From an uncultured Nitrospiraceae bacterium (GTDB taxonomy: Bacteria > Nitrospirota > Nitrospiria > Nitrospirales > Nitrospiraceae): a stretch of 64,000 nt of DNA. The notes below the pieces were generated by a model. The model was not told where the DNA came from and ran no database searches. It was given only the letters and a program-made list of their open reading frames with translations. Position 1 is the first letter of the stretch. Each line of letters starts with the position of its first letter. Shown here in pieces: positions 1 through 8,535 of the stretch. The stretch covers positions 823,270-887,269 of the forward strand of contig CAVSTP010000003.1 in assembly GCA_963730935.1 (NCBI GenBank), read 5' to 3'. The translations under genes were made by a program, and so were the position numbers.

Positions 1-234
1 GGGCAGCTCAATCCACCTGACAAAGAACATTTCACGATTGTAGGAGATCCACTCAGGCGGTTGCAGCGTCTCTATGGTAATCCGACGCTGCTGTCATCCG
101 GACGGGCACGTACATTTTTGGTCGATCCTGACGGATGTCTTCGATTTCACGTCCTTCACAGCCTTAGCGAGAGAGGAATGGGCGTGGTCATGGAACTGCT
201 TCAAACATACCAGACTGAAGAAATCCCGGCCTGA
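1..234 (+). CDS. Peroxiredoxin/AhpC-TSA-like redoxin, C-terminal part (5' truncated by window)
   Basis: Frame 1 is open from base 1 to TGA 232-234: ...FTIVGDPLRRLQRLYG...ARTFLVDPDGCLRFHVLHSLSERGMGVVMELLQ. This resembles the 'RATFIIDPDG' C-terminus of peroxiredoxins. Not in the ORF track. Confidence 0.65.
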   Translation, partial: GQLNPPDKEHFTIVGDPLRRLQRLYGNPTLLSSGRARTFLVDPDGCLRFHVLHSLSERGMGVVMELLQTYQTEEIPA

Positions 235-386
235 TCACGGAGCGATTATTCCATGAATATCTGATCGGAGTGCACGAGTGGGCCCCTTGTTTTCGGCGTG
301 GTCCTGTTGATGATATCGATCGGGCGTGATTATGGTTGAGCTGGACAGGGAAGGAGTAGGGGGTTGGCCACGAACGAGAGTGTTGG

Positions 387-1451
387 TCACGAAGGTTTGA
401 TTATCCTGTATCTCATCAACCGGTCACGTACGATGTTTCGGCTGATGCCTAACAGACGGGAGGTTCGGACTTGATTGCCCTCGCAGTACTCATACGCGAC
501 ACGAAGCACCGTCTCGTCGATCCGCTGATAAAGATTGGGCGTGTTGGCATTAAAAAGCGCTTCGAGAACGTCCTCTAAGGACTTCGTGGAGCCGGTCGAC
601 GGTGCTCTTTCGAGAAGCCGTTCGGACCGAGGAGTAGGAAGGCGGAGGTCTTCGAAGCGCACGCTCGTGCCGGCGCACACGAGAAGCGCATGATGGATTG
701 AGTTTTCGAGTTCCCGAATGTTGCCGGGCCATTGGTATGAAAGGAGTGCTTGGACAGTTTCGGGCGCCAGTTCAACGCTGGCATACCCGAGGCGGGCGCC
801 GTACACCTTCAGAAAATGCTGAGCCAGCGGTAGGATATCGTCGGGGCGTTCGCGCAACGGGGGAAGGTGGATCGACGCCACGTTCAGCCGGTAATACAGA
901 TCTTCGCGAAAACGGCCCGCGGCGACGGCTTCATCCAGTTTGACGTTGGTCGCAGTGATCAGCCGCACATCGATGGCAATCGCTTGACGTGAGCCGACCC
1001 GCACCACTTCTCGTTCTTGAATCACACGGAGTAGTTTGGCCTGAAGGGGAGGCGGCAGGTCGCCGATTTCATCGAGAAATAGCGACCCTCCTTGCGCGGT
1101 TTCGAACCATCCGGCCTTGGCGGTGACAGCGCCGGTGAACGCGCCGCGCTCGTGACCGAAGAGTTCGCTCTCCATGAGTGACTCGCTGATCGCGGCACAA
1201 TTGAATGCCACGAATGGACCGGATCGACGATCACTCAGTTCATGGATCTGTCGCGCGATCAACTCCTTTCCGGTCCCGGTTTCTCCGATGATGAGGGCAG
1301 TGGCCTCGCTTGGTGCGATGCGCTGGACTCGCTCCAAAAGGGACTTCGATGCAGGATCCTCAAAGACGAGACAACTGGCACGGACGGATAGAGCCAGGGC
1401 GTGCGGATCGGCAGCTGTGACAATCTTGATTGGGTCTTGAGTGGGAGGCAT
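387..1451 (-). CDS. Sigma-54-dependent transcriptional activator without sensory domain (SfnR-like)
   Basis: GETGTGKE Walker A, GAFTGA, FLDEIGDL, WPGNIREL and C-terminal Fis HTH (GNQVRTSRLLGISRN). Very short N-terminus 'RASCLVFEDPASKSLL'. Confidence 0.92.
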   Translation of the reverse strand: MPPTQDPIKIVTAADPHALALSVRASCLVFEDPASKSLLERVQRIAPSEATALIIGETGTGKELIARQIHELSDRRSGPFVAFNCAAISESLMESELFGHERGAFTGAVTAKAGWFETAQGGSLFLDEIGDLPPPLQAKLLRVIQEREVVRVGSRQAIAIDVRLITATNVKLDEAVAAGRFREDLYYRLNVASIHLPPLRERPDDILPLAQHFLKVYGARLGYASVELAPETVQALLSYQWPGNIRELENSIHHALLVCAGTSVRFEDLRLPTPRSERLLERAPSTGSTKSLEDVLEALFNANTPNLYQRIDETVLRVAYEYCEGNQVRTSRLLGISRNIVRDRLMRYRIIKPS

Positions 1452-1504
1452 TGTAATGGTGTGAAGATATTACGATGATATGAAGCGGGCCTGTGAGGCC
1501 ACCG

Positions 1505-2275
1505 TTACTGCTGGGCTGTCCCCCATCGCTGGTGCATGAAGCGTTCGGTTGGGGCGAACAGTGATTTGTCGACTGCCAGGCCAATGAAAATGATGATGAG
1601 GATGACGCCGATGACTTGGTCCATGGCATGGAGTTCCCGACCATAGTGCAGGAGTTGGCCAAGGCCGAAGCCGCTCAAGATCGTCACGTAAATTTCTGCC
1701 GCCATAAGCGAACGCCAGGCGAATGCCCAGCCCTGTTTCATGCCACTGAGTAAAAAGGGAAGCGCCGCCGGAACGACGACGTGAGTCCAGGTATGCAGGC
1801 CGGTGGAACCCATGGTGCGGGCTGCGCGGCTGTAGATCGGCGGAATAGTCCGCACGCCATTATCCGTGGCGATGACCAAGGACCAGACCGTACCCATGAC
1901 CACGACAAAGAGCATAGCGGCCTCAGTCTGCCCGAACCACAGCAGAGCCAACGGCACCCAACAGACACTTGGGAGTGTCTGGAGTCCTAAGGCGAGAATG
2001 CCAATTGTGTCATGGCACCATCTGAATGATGCGGTCAAGAACCCAAGTGGAAGTCCCACGAGAATACCCAATCCATAGCCGATGAGCAGCCGTCGTACCG
2101 TGACTACGGTGGCTTCCCACAGCGTGCCGTCCTGCGCGGCAGTTCGCAGGTACTCGAAAACGCTCGCAGGCGAAGGCAGCAACAGAGGCGACCAGATTTG
2201 GGCTTTAACGACCAAATGCCACGCCACCACGAGACCCACGAAGAATAACGACGCAGCCAACCATCGTGTGATCAA
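1505..2275 (-). CDS. Sulfonate/nitrate/taurine ABC transporter permease (SsuC/TauC family)
   Basis: Six hydrophobic segments, 'AARTMG' EAA-like loop, 'AWRSLMAAE'. Operon context. Confidence 0.9.
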   Translation of the reverse strand: MITRWLAASLFFVGLVVAWHLVVKAQIWSPLLLPSPASVFEYLRTAAQDGTLWEATVVTVRRLLIGYGLGILVGLPLGFLTASFRWCHDTIGILALGLQTLPSVCWVPLALLWFGQTEAAMLFVVVMGTVWSLVIATDNGVRTIPPIYSRAARTMGSTGLHTWTHVVVPAALPFLLSGMKQGWAFAWRSLMAAEIYVTILSGFGLGQLLHYGRELHAMDQVIGVILIIIFIGLAVDKSLFAPTERFMHQRWGTAQQ

Positions 2276-3078
2276 CCAGCCACCTCCGGCTGAACGTACC
2301 CTTTCAAGACACGCGTGATCTCCGTGGCGTAACGGGCAAGATCCACACTGTTGATGTCACGCGGCCGGGGGAGCGGGATGCTGAATTCTTCGCGGATACG
2401 CCCGGGGTGGGGTGAAAAAAGAATGACGCGATCTCCCAAACAGACGGCTTCGCGCACGTTGTGGGTGACGAACACGATGGTTTTCCGATGTTGGCTCCAG
2501 ATCCGTTGGATGTCGCCGTAGAGTTGCTCACGTGTCAATGCGTCCAAGGCCCCGAACGGTTCGTCCATCAACAGCACGCTCGGATTGGGCGCCAGAGCCC
2601 GCGCAAGCGCGACGCGTTGTTTCATTCCTCCCGACAGCTCATGGACATTCGAGTGCATGAACCGCTTGAGTCCCACGAGTTCGAGAAAATACTCCGCTTT
2701 TTCCCGGCGTTCAGGGGCGCTCAGACCATTGCTGAGTTTCAGGCCGAAGAGCACATTCCCGAGAACCGTGAGCCACGGAAACAGTGCCGACTCCTGAAAC
2801 ATCATCAGCCGGTGGGGACCGGGTTCATTGACAGGCTTGCCGTCGGCCTGGACGATGCCACGATCAGCATGGTCAAGCCCGGCAATGATGTTCAGTAACG
2901 TGGATTTGCCGCAGCCGCTCGGCCCGACCAAGCAGACGAACTCTCCCTCTGCAATGCGGAGGGTCACATCATCGAGGGCGTGCACGTGCAACGAGCTCGT
3001 TTGGAACCATTTCGAAACATGTTCAAGGACCAGCTTGGCGGCCAGCGATGGTGCTGGCGGGTGCTCAGTCGTCAACAT
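2272..3078 (-). CDS. Sulfonate/nitrate/taurine ABC transporter ATP-binding protein (SsuB/TauB family)
   Basis: GPSGCGKST, LSGGMKQR, LLMDEPF, 'LPRPRD' tail. Confidence 0.93.
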   Translation of the reverse strand: MLTTEHPPAPSLAAKLVLEHVSKWFQTSSLHVHALDDVTLRIAEGEFVCLVGPSGCGKSTLLNIIAGLDHADRGIVQADGKPVNEPGPHRLMMFQESALFPWLTVLGNVLFGLKLSNGLSAPERREKAEYFLELVGLKRFMHSNVHELSGGMKQRVALARALAPNPSVLLMDEPFGALDALTREQLYGDIQRIWSQHRKTIVFVTHNVREAVCLGDRVILFSPHPGRIREEFSIPLPRPRDINSVDLARYATEITRVLKGYVQPEVAG

Positions 3079-3079
3079 G

Positions 3080-4048
3080 TCAGTTGAGCCTTTCGATCAG
3101 GCGGGAGAGGTCGGGAGCCGACCGGATGAAACCGGCTCGTTGCGCATCCGCGACGAAATGCCGGTACTCCTCTATGGAGGGATCATTGGTCAGCACGATC
3201 CGCTTCCATGCTTGAGCAATCAGATCGGGCGACACGTCGGCTTTCGTTTCAGCGGCCAGTTCCTGCCTGACCATTTGTTTGGCCTCGTCCGGATGCGAAA
3301 GGATCCATTCCGTCAATTCACGATGGGCACGGACGAACTTCGCCGCGAGGTCTCGCTTTTTCTTGAGAAACTTGACGCCCGAGACCAATACCGTGATGCT
3401 GTCCTTGGACTGCTCGACGAGGACTTTTCCACCAGCATCACGCTCTAAACGCGACACCCAGGGTTCGACTGTCCACACGGCATCAAGCTTCTTGTTTTTG
3501 AACAAGGCAAGCTGATCCGGGTTCGGTGTTGGAATGATGAAGGCATCGCCTCCAGTCTGCGTAATCTTCAGTCCACCGTTGCTGAGCCAAGCCCGGCAGG
3601 CAATGTCCTGCGTGTTGCCCAGTTGGGGAGTCGCAATCGTCTTTCCCCTAAAGTGAGCGGGCTCCTTCAGCCCTGACTCGGGCTGTACGACCAGCGCTGC
3701 CCCTCCCGCGGCGGCGGCGGCGACTATTCTAATCTCTTCACCATTGGATTTTGTATAGGCATTCAAGGCGGGGCTCGGCCCCACATAGGTCAGGTCGATG
3801 GAATCCGCGAGAATGGCTTCCATGGCGCTCGGACCGGCGTTATAGATGTACCACTCGATTTTCACATCCGGGCCCAACCGGTGCTCGAACCAGCCGCGCC
3901 CCGTACGGGACAAATGGTGCGCGACCAGACCTTGGACATGCGTGACATTGGGAAAATGGCCCACTCGGATCGTGTCCCCTGCTGCAGCGAGAGACGGAGC
4001 AGTGGCCATGAAATACGCGAACAAGAGGCTCCACATTATGATGTGCAT
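3080..4048 (-). CDS. Aliphatic sulfonate-type ABC substrate-binding protein (SsuA family)
   Basis: Signal peptide, 'GHFPNVTH', 'TYVGPSP', 'ATPQLGNTQD', 'VEPW'. Confidence 0.85.
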   Translation of the reverse strand: MHIIMWSLLFAYFMATAPSLAAAGDTIRVGHFPNVTHVQGLVAHHLSRTGRGWFEHRLGPDVKIEWYIYNAGPSAMEAILADSIDLTYVGPSPALNAYTKSNGEEIRIVAAAAAGGAALVVQPESGLKEPAHFRGKTIATPQLGNTQDIACRAWLSNGGLKITQTGGDAFIIPTPNPDQLALFKNKKLDAVWTVEPWVSRLERDAGGKVLVEQSKDSITVLVSGVKFLKKKRDLAAKFVRAHRELTEWILSHPDEAKQMVRQELAAETKADVSPDLIAQAWKRIVLTNDPSIEEYRHFVADAQRAGFIRSAPDLSRLIERLN

Positions 4049-4068
4049 GCGTTCACCTTGATTATGAA

Positions 4069-4794
4069 TTATGGGATTGAGACCAGAAGGGAAGTGGTCA
4101 ATGCCGCGGTCGCCAAAAGCCGAGTAGAATCCAACAGCGGAAGACTCGATGGCCGCTCCTCTGACAGCAGTAATGGCAGCTCAGTGCAGCCCAGAATGAC
4201 GGCCTCCGCGCCGCTCGCCGCCATCGTCGAGATGATGTCCTGCACATGCGCCCGAGCTTGAGGCAAATAACGTCCTCGAATGAGTTCGGTTCGGATGATT
4301 CTGTCCAGTTCAATGCGCTTAGGAACCGGCGGCAGCACGATTTCGATTCCATGATGTTCAAAGATCGGCTGGTAGATAGTTCCCTGCATGGCCACCTGAG
4401 TGCCAAGCAATCCCACTCGCCGGTAATTCCGGCGGGTCGTTTCGGCCACAACCGCGGCGGCGATGTGCACCCATGGCACAGGGGACACGACGAGATCGAA
4501 CGCTCGATGCAACGTATTGTTCGGGCAGATGATCAGCTCCGCTCCGGCCTGTGCCAGGAGCGAAGCCGATCGGGACATCAGCGCGGCCACGCCGGGCCAA
4601 TCACCAGCGTCGATGGAGGCCAGGTAGGCCTCGAGCGGCAGTGCGTGCATCGTGATTTCAGGATAGGCATGTCCGCCTGTAAGCCGTTCGGCTTCATGGC
4701 ACAGGGTTCGATAGCAGAGCGCCGCGCCGTCTGCAGTTCCCCCGACGATGCCGATATGGGGCATGTGGTTCAACCGTCCTTCCGTCATGAACAT
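4069..4794 (-). CDS. Aspartate/glutamate racemase family protein
   Basis: 'IGIVGG', 'ICPNNTLH', 'VGLLGT', 'ILGCTELP'. Confidence 0.88.
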   Translation of the reverse strand: MFMTEGRLNHMPHIGIVGGTADGAALCYRTLCHEAERLTGGHAYPEITMHALPLEAYLASIDAGDWPGVAALMSRSASLLAQAGAELIICPNNTLHRAFDLVVSPVPWVHIAAAVVAETTRRNYRRVGLLGTQVAMQGTIYQPIFEHHGIEIVLPPVPKRIELDRIIRTELIRGRYLPQARAHVQDIISTMAASGAEAVILGCTELPLLLSEERPSSLPLLDSTRLLATAALTTSLLVSIP

Positions 4795-4807
4795 TTCCTC
4801 ATCTCAA

Positions 4808-5533
4808 TCACGGTTTGTTTGTGAGACGGGGCTCGAGCCCCGGAAATCCTGGAAGCGCGGACAGCGCCTCGCGATACTTGATATAGAGTTCTTCCCGCTG
4901 GTCCGGAGCGAACAACTTTCCTCCGGACTTGACCTTGATCAGGTATTCCTCCGGCTCAAAGGTGACATCAAACGCCGACGACCGTTCCGGTACGTTCGGC
5001 ATCTGTCGGTCATATTTGCTGATATCCGGTTCGGGCCCATGACGGTCATGGACCTCGCTGAGGGCGAGCACCAACGTCTCCTGCCGGATCGAGAGCCATC
5101 CAGACGTGCTCTCCTCATCGCCCTGCTCGGTCGCATGACTGAGATGAAAATAGACACGTTCGTCCGGCGAGGCCTGCGCCAGTGCCTTCGAGAGCGCAGG
5201 CGCCAGGAATGTAATTTCTTCATTACGAAACGCTCGAGTCTTTTCGGCCTCTCCCGAAAGCAATCGATGGATGAAGTTGCGGCTTTCCCAACTACGAACA
5301 CCTCGCAGTAAGGTGCCAATTTCTTCGGGCGAGAGATTCGCCGGGTGGCCGTTGGTCGTGACCTCGGGGTCTTTCTCGAGCCAAATCTGGTTTCTCCCCG
5401 ATTCGTAAATGATCTTTGTCGGTGGGTGAGGAGCGCCCGCGCAACCAGCACCGCCCATCAATCCCATCATGACGAACAGCGGCCAGATGAACCAGCCGAC
5501 ACGTTCATTGTGCGATATTGTCCAGCCCTTCAT
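4808..5533 (-). CDS. Putative lipoprotein, paralog of 10580-11242
   Basis: Lipobox-like 'GAGC'. Shares 'PDERVYF' and 'GW.SIR' motifs with 10580-11242. Confidence 0.8.
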   Translation of the reverse strand: MKGWTISHNERVGWFIWPLFVMMGLMGGAGCAGAPHPPTKIIYESGRNQIWLEKDPEVTTNGHPANLSPEEIGTLLRGVRSWESRNFIHRLLSGEAEKTRAFRNEEITFLAPALSKALAQASPDERVYFHLSHATEQGDEESTSGWLSIRQETLVLALSEVHDRHGPEPDISKYDRQMPNVPERSSAFDVTFEPEEYLIKVKSGGKLFAPDQREELYIKYREALSALPGFPGLEPRLTNKP

Positions 5534-6354
5534 GGTCTGACCTCCTGCCGCAATACCAACCCGGTTTTGTCTAACGCCTGATCGAACCCATACTTTTTCA
5601 ATTCATCCTGAGTGCGTGAAGAAAGAAGGAATTCGATAAAATCTCCGGACCCCGAAATGTTCCTCGCCGTCCAAACAATGGCAACCCCGTACTGAATCGG
5701 CGAATGGGATTCGGCTGGCGCCGTATCCAGAATGCGCACGTGGCTGTCCGTGATGGCGTCCGTCCGGTAGACGACGCCGATTTCGGCCTCGCCTTTCGCG
5801 ACAAGATCCAGCACAGCACGAGAATGTTCACCGTAGACGTATTGGGACTTAAGTGCAGGATCGAGCTTGCTGAATTTGAGAAACTGCGACGCGACTTTCC
5901 CCACCGATGAAGTCTTCGGATCGCCGACAGCAATACGCCGGACGGGAATCGTGCGCAAATCTTCGATGGAACGGATCGGAGCGGGGAGCACGGGACCTGT
6001 GATCAAGACCAGCGAAGTGCCGGCATAGATGCGTTTGGTGCCTTGAATGATCAACCCTTTCTTGTCGAGTTGATCAATCTCCTCGGACAGTGAGGGCAGA
6101 AACACATCTACCGGCGCCCCTTCCTCGATTTGTTTGCGGAGAGACTGTGAGGGACCGTAGATGACACGCACCGTCACTGCCGGGTGCTGCGATTCGAACG
6201 CAGGAAGCAGCGTGCGGAGGGCATCTTTGAGGCTATTCGCCGCCGCAATGGTCAGAGTTTCTGGCTGTGCAAAGGCACGATCGGGAATCCATGCCAGCAC
6301 GGCAAGCAGACTCAGCACGATGATAGACAAGTGAAACACGCGATGCTTTTTCAT
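5530..6354 (-). CDS. ModA-family oxyanion-binding periplasmic protein (atypical)
   Basis: Start reassigned to ATG 6354 (GAGG RBS, signal peptide). 'QIEEGAPVDVF', 'IAVGDPK', 'GVVYRTDA', 'HSPIQY', 'YGF'. Confidence 0.85.
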   Translation of the reverse strand: MKKHRVFHLSIIVLSLLAVLAWIPDRAFAQPETLTIAAANSLKDALRTLLPAFESQHPAVTVRVIYGPSQSLRKQIEEGAPVDVFLPSLSEEIDQLDKKGLIIQGTKRIYAGTSLVLITGPVLPAPIRSIEDLRTIPVRRIAVGDPKTSSVGKVASQFLKFSKLDPALKSQYVYGEHSRAVLDLVAKGEAEIGVVYRTDAITDSHVRILDTAPAESHSPIQYGVAIVWTARNISGSGDFIEFLLSSRTQDELKKYGFDQALDKTGLVLRQEVRP

Positions 6355-6367
6355 GGTGTCCTCGCTG

Positions 6368-8002
6368 CTAGAAATAGAACTGGTATTGGACGTTGATGCG
6401 GTTTTCGACCAGCTTCTGGCCGAATCCCGGTTGCGATTCAAATGGAAAGCGATCAGGGGCTCGCCCGCCGCTTCCCATGGTGATGTTGGAGTAGTCGATC
6501 ACCAGTCGGTTGTTGTACGTGCCGTCGAAGCTGTAATTGAGAGCGGCACCGAATTCATAGGTGAGGTCATGTGTTTGCTTCGTTGAGGGATCGAGCACCC
6601 CATAACGGAGAGCGAGTTCGATTTTGCGGGGGATGATGTATTTCCCACCTTGGACATACCAGCCCCATGCCTGACCCAAATCTACCGGAGGGCCCTGGAT
6701 TGCAGTTGACGGGATCGTTGTCAGATCGAAGGGTTGAGTCCCGCTGTCTTTGTTCCGGACTCGTTGATGCCGGTAATAGACTTCGCTATGTAAAGACCAT
6801 CCCTGATATTTGGCGACGAAATCCACTTCGTAGGTCTGAAAATCGTAAATGCCTCCGCCGAGGAGTCGGCCATTCATAGCCTTCGTGACGGCTTGACGGT
6901 AGGCACGGTCGACGATGTCAGAACGTGTCGAGCTCAGATAATTCTGTGCGGGATCATAGGCATAGCCGAAGCCAATGGCGGACTGAGGAGTGCGGGAGTT
7001 TACAATGTCTCCCCAACCGTAACCCGGGTTGCCGGCGATCTTGTACAGCAGACGAGCGGTGTACATGAGTTCCCCGCTCATGAAGCGAGTGTCATAGTTA
7101 TACGTACGCGTCACTCCAGAATTGACTCCACCGCCTCCCGTTGGCGGCAACACATTTTGGCTCACGGATGTTCCGTCCCGTGCCAGGTTTGGCCCGACGC
7201 CGCCCCACACGCCGAACGCGTAATTGAACTTGTATTGCTCCTCGTCGCTCAAAATGCTAATGCCGATGTCGCGCGTGTTTTGAAGGTTGGCTGCAAACAT
7301 ATTCTGGACGATCATGTTGTCCGAAAAACTTGACGTGGCGACTGGGCTGATGAGCGCGCGATTGAACCACACCTTTTGTTGCCCGATTTGGATGTTGGCC
7401 CAGGGGATGTGCCAGGACGACACATAGGCGTCCAGGAGTCCGGCTTTGCCGTTGCTTCCTTCTTGATTCGATGGCGTCGAATCCATCTGCAGGGAGACGT
7501 TGTAGCGAAAATTGGGGTCAAAGGCATAACCCATGAATTGAAGACGGGCGCGAGGAATCAAGAATTGGCTAGAATCGGATTCCCGCCTGAAGGCCCGAAA
7601 TTCGACCTGACCTCCCAGGATTTCTTCATTCCGTGAGTCACCGATGGATCCCCACGCCTTATTATAGGTGCTGTAGGTGTAGCGAGTCTGCACCAGCAGC
7701 CGCATTTTCAAAAAGAATCTGTCACCGACACGGATGTTCAACCCATTGTTGACATCAATATTGAAATTCGGTTTTGCGAGACGCTCCTTCGTTTCCAATG
7801 TGCGAAGGCCTTTGTTGTACTCTTCCTGTGAGATGATGCCTTTGAGATAAAGGTATTTCAGTCCTGGATCCTCGCTCGAAGAGTATTCCCATTTCCCTTC
7901 TTTTTTGACGAACTGGCCCTCTTCAACTGCCCAGGCAGCGCCGAGGTGAGCGAACAGGATCGTTCCTGTCACGATAAACATAAACCATCCGGAAATTCTC
8001 AT
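6368..8002 (-). CDS. Outer-membrane porin (phosphate-selective OprO/OprP-like beta-barrel)
   Basis: Signal peptide, 'RARLQFMG', 'LLDAY', 'GQQKV', 'RDIG', terminal 'VQYQFYF'. Confidence 0.8.
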   Translation of the reverse strand: MRISGWFMFIVTGTILFAHLGAAWAVEEGQFVKKEGKWEYSSSEDPGLKYLYLKGIISQEEYNKGLRTLETKERLAKPNFNIDVNNGLNIRVGDRFFLKMRLLVQTRYTYSTYNKAWGSIGDSRNEEILGGQVEFRAFRRESDSSQFLIPRARLQFMGYAFDPNFRYNVSLQMDSTPSNQEGSNGKAGLLDAYVSSWHIPWANIQIGQQKVWFNRALISPVATSSFSDNMIVQNMFAANLQNTRDIGISILSDEEQYKFNYAFGVWGGVGPNLARDGTSVSQNVLPPTGGGGVNSGVTRTYNYDTRFMSGELMYTARLLYKIAGNPGYGWGDIVNSRTPQSAIGFGYAYDPAQNYLSSTRSDIVDRAYRQAVTKAMNGRLLGGGIYDFQTYEVDFVAKYQGWSLHSEVYYRHQRVRNKDSGTQPFDLTTIPSTAIQGPPVDLGQAWGWYVQGGKYIIPRKIELALRYGVLDPSTKQTHDLTYEFGAALNYSFDGTYNNRLVIDYSNITMGSGGRAPDRFPFESQPGFGQKLVENRINVQYQFYF

Positions 8003-8142
8003 GTCGGGACTCCTTCATGACATGGGAACTTCCGGTGGTCCGGTCAGTCCGTAACGTAAATTGTAGGTCCATCTCGATCACCACCTTTAGTTGTCTGGCA
8101 GGCGGTGAGTTCCTTCCCTAAACGAACAGGTCAATGCGACGC

Positions 8143-8316
8143 TCATCCAACAAGTGATGCGCGGCGCGACGGCTCCAGCTCCACGCGCACCTTTTCTCTG
8201 CGCTCGATCTGGACGACCTTCGAATCGTGGACGATGATTTCCACCGATCCGAAACGCAGGTCTTTCAACGCTTGCAAGATGGTTTGTTCGATTCTGTAAC
8301 CGTCGTCAGATCGCAT
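8143..8316 (-). CDS. YezD/DUF2292 family small protein
   Basis: 'LKDLRFGSVEIIVHDSKVVQIERREKVR' is the typical DUF2292 signature. It heads a sulfur-uptake operon. Confidence 0.85.
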   Translation of the reverse strand: MRSDDGYRIEQTILQALKDLRFGSVEIIVHDSKVVQIERREKVRVELEPSRRASLVG

Positions 8317-8350
8317 AAAGAACCTCAACTCAAATGGCGTGAAAAGCGGT

Positions 8351-8414
8351 TAATCTACAGTATTCCGCTAGATTTTATGTGCTATATATAAATTAACATT
8401 ATCTACATTGTCAA
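8351..8414 (-). promoter_or_regulatory. Putative sigma-70 promoter and operator of the left (sulfur) arm
   Basis: TTGACA on the minus strand (8409-8414), AT-rich -10 region near 8385-8390, and inverted repeat AATCTA-N11-TAGATT (8352-8374) just downstream. Confidence 0.5.
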
Positions 8415-8490
8415 CAATTATTTTACGACCCTTGTTGCTGATCTAATCAAGAACCCATGTCAGATAGGACCTACCGGGATGAGAGGACAG

Positions 8491-8514
8491 TATACTTGAC
8501 TAAAAGCAAGTATA
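8491..8514 (+). promoter_or_regulatory. Palindromic operator overlapping -35 of the molybdate arm
   Basis: TATACTTG-N8-CAAGTATA perfect inverted repeat overlapping TTGACT, 21 bp before ATG 8536. Confidence 0.6.
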
Positions 8515-8535
8515 AATGGTATCTGGTCTGCCAAC

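Noticed and set aside
74..256. 60-aa ORF in the track
   Set aside because: Frame 1 (1-234) carries the recognisable redoxin-like sequence instead.
8330..8535. Moco/Wco or SAM riboswitch
   Set aside because: The region is AT-rich promoter DNA, and I could not see the conserved multi-stem cores.
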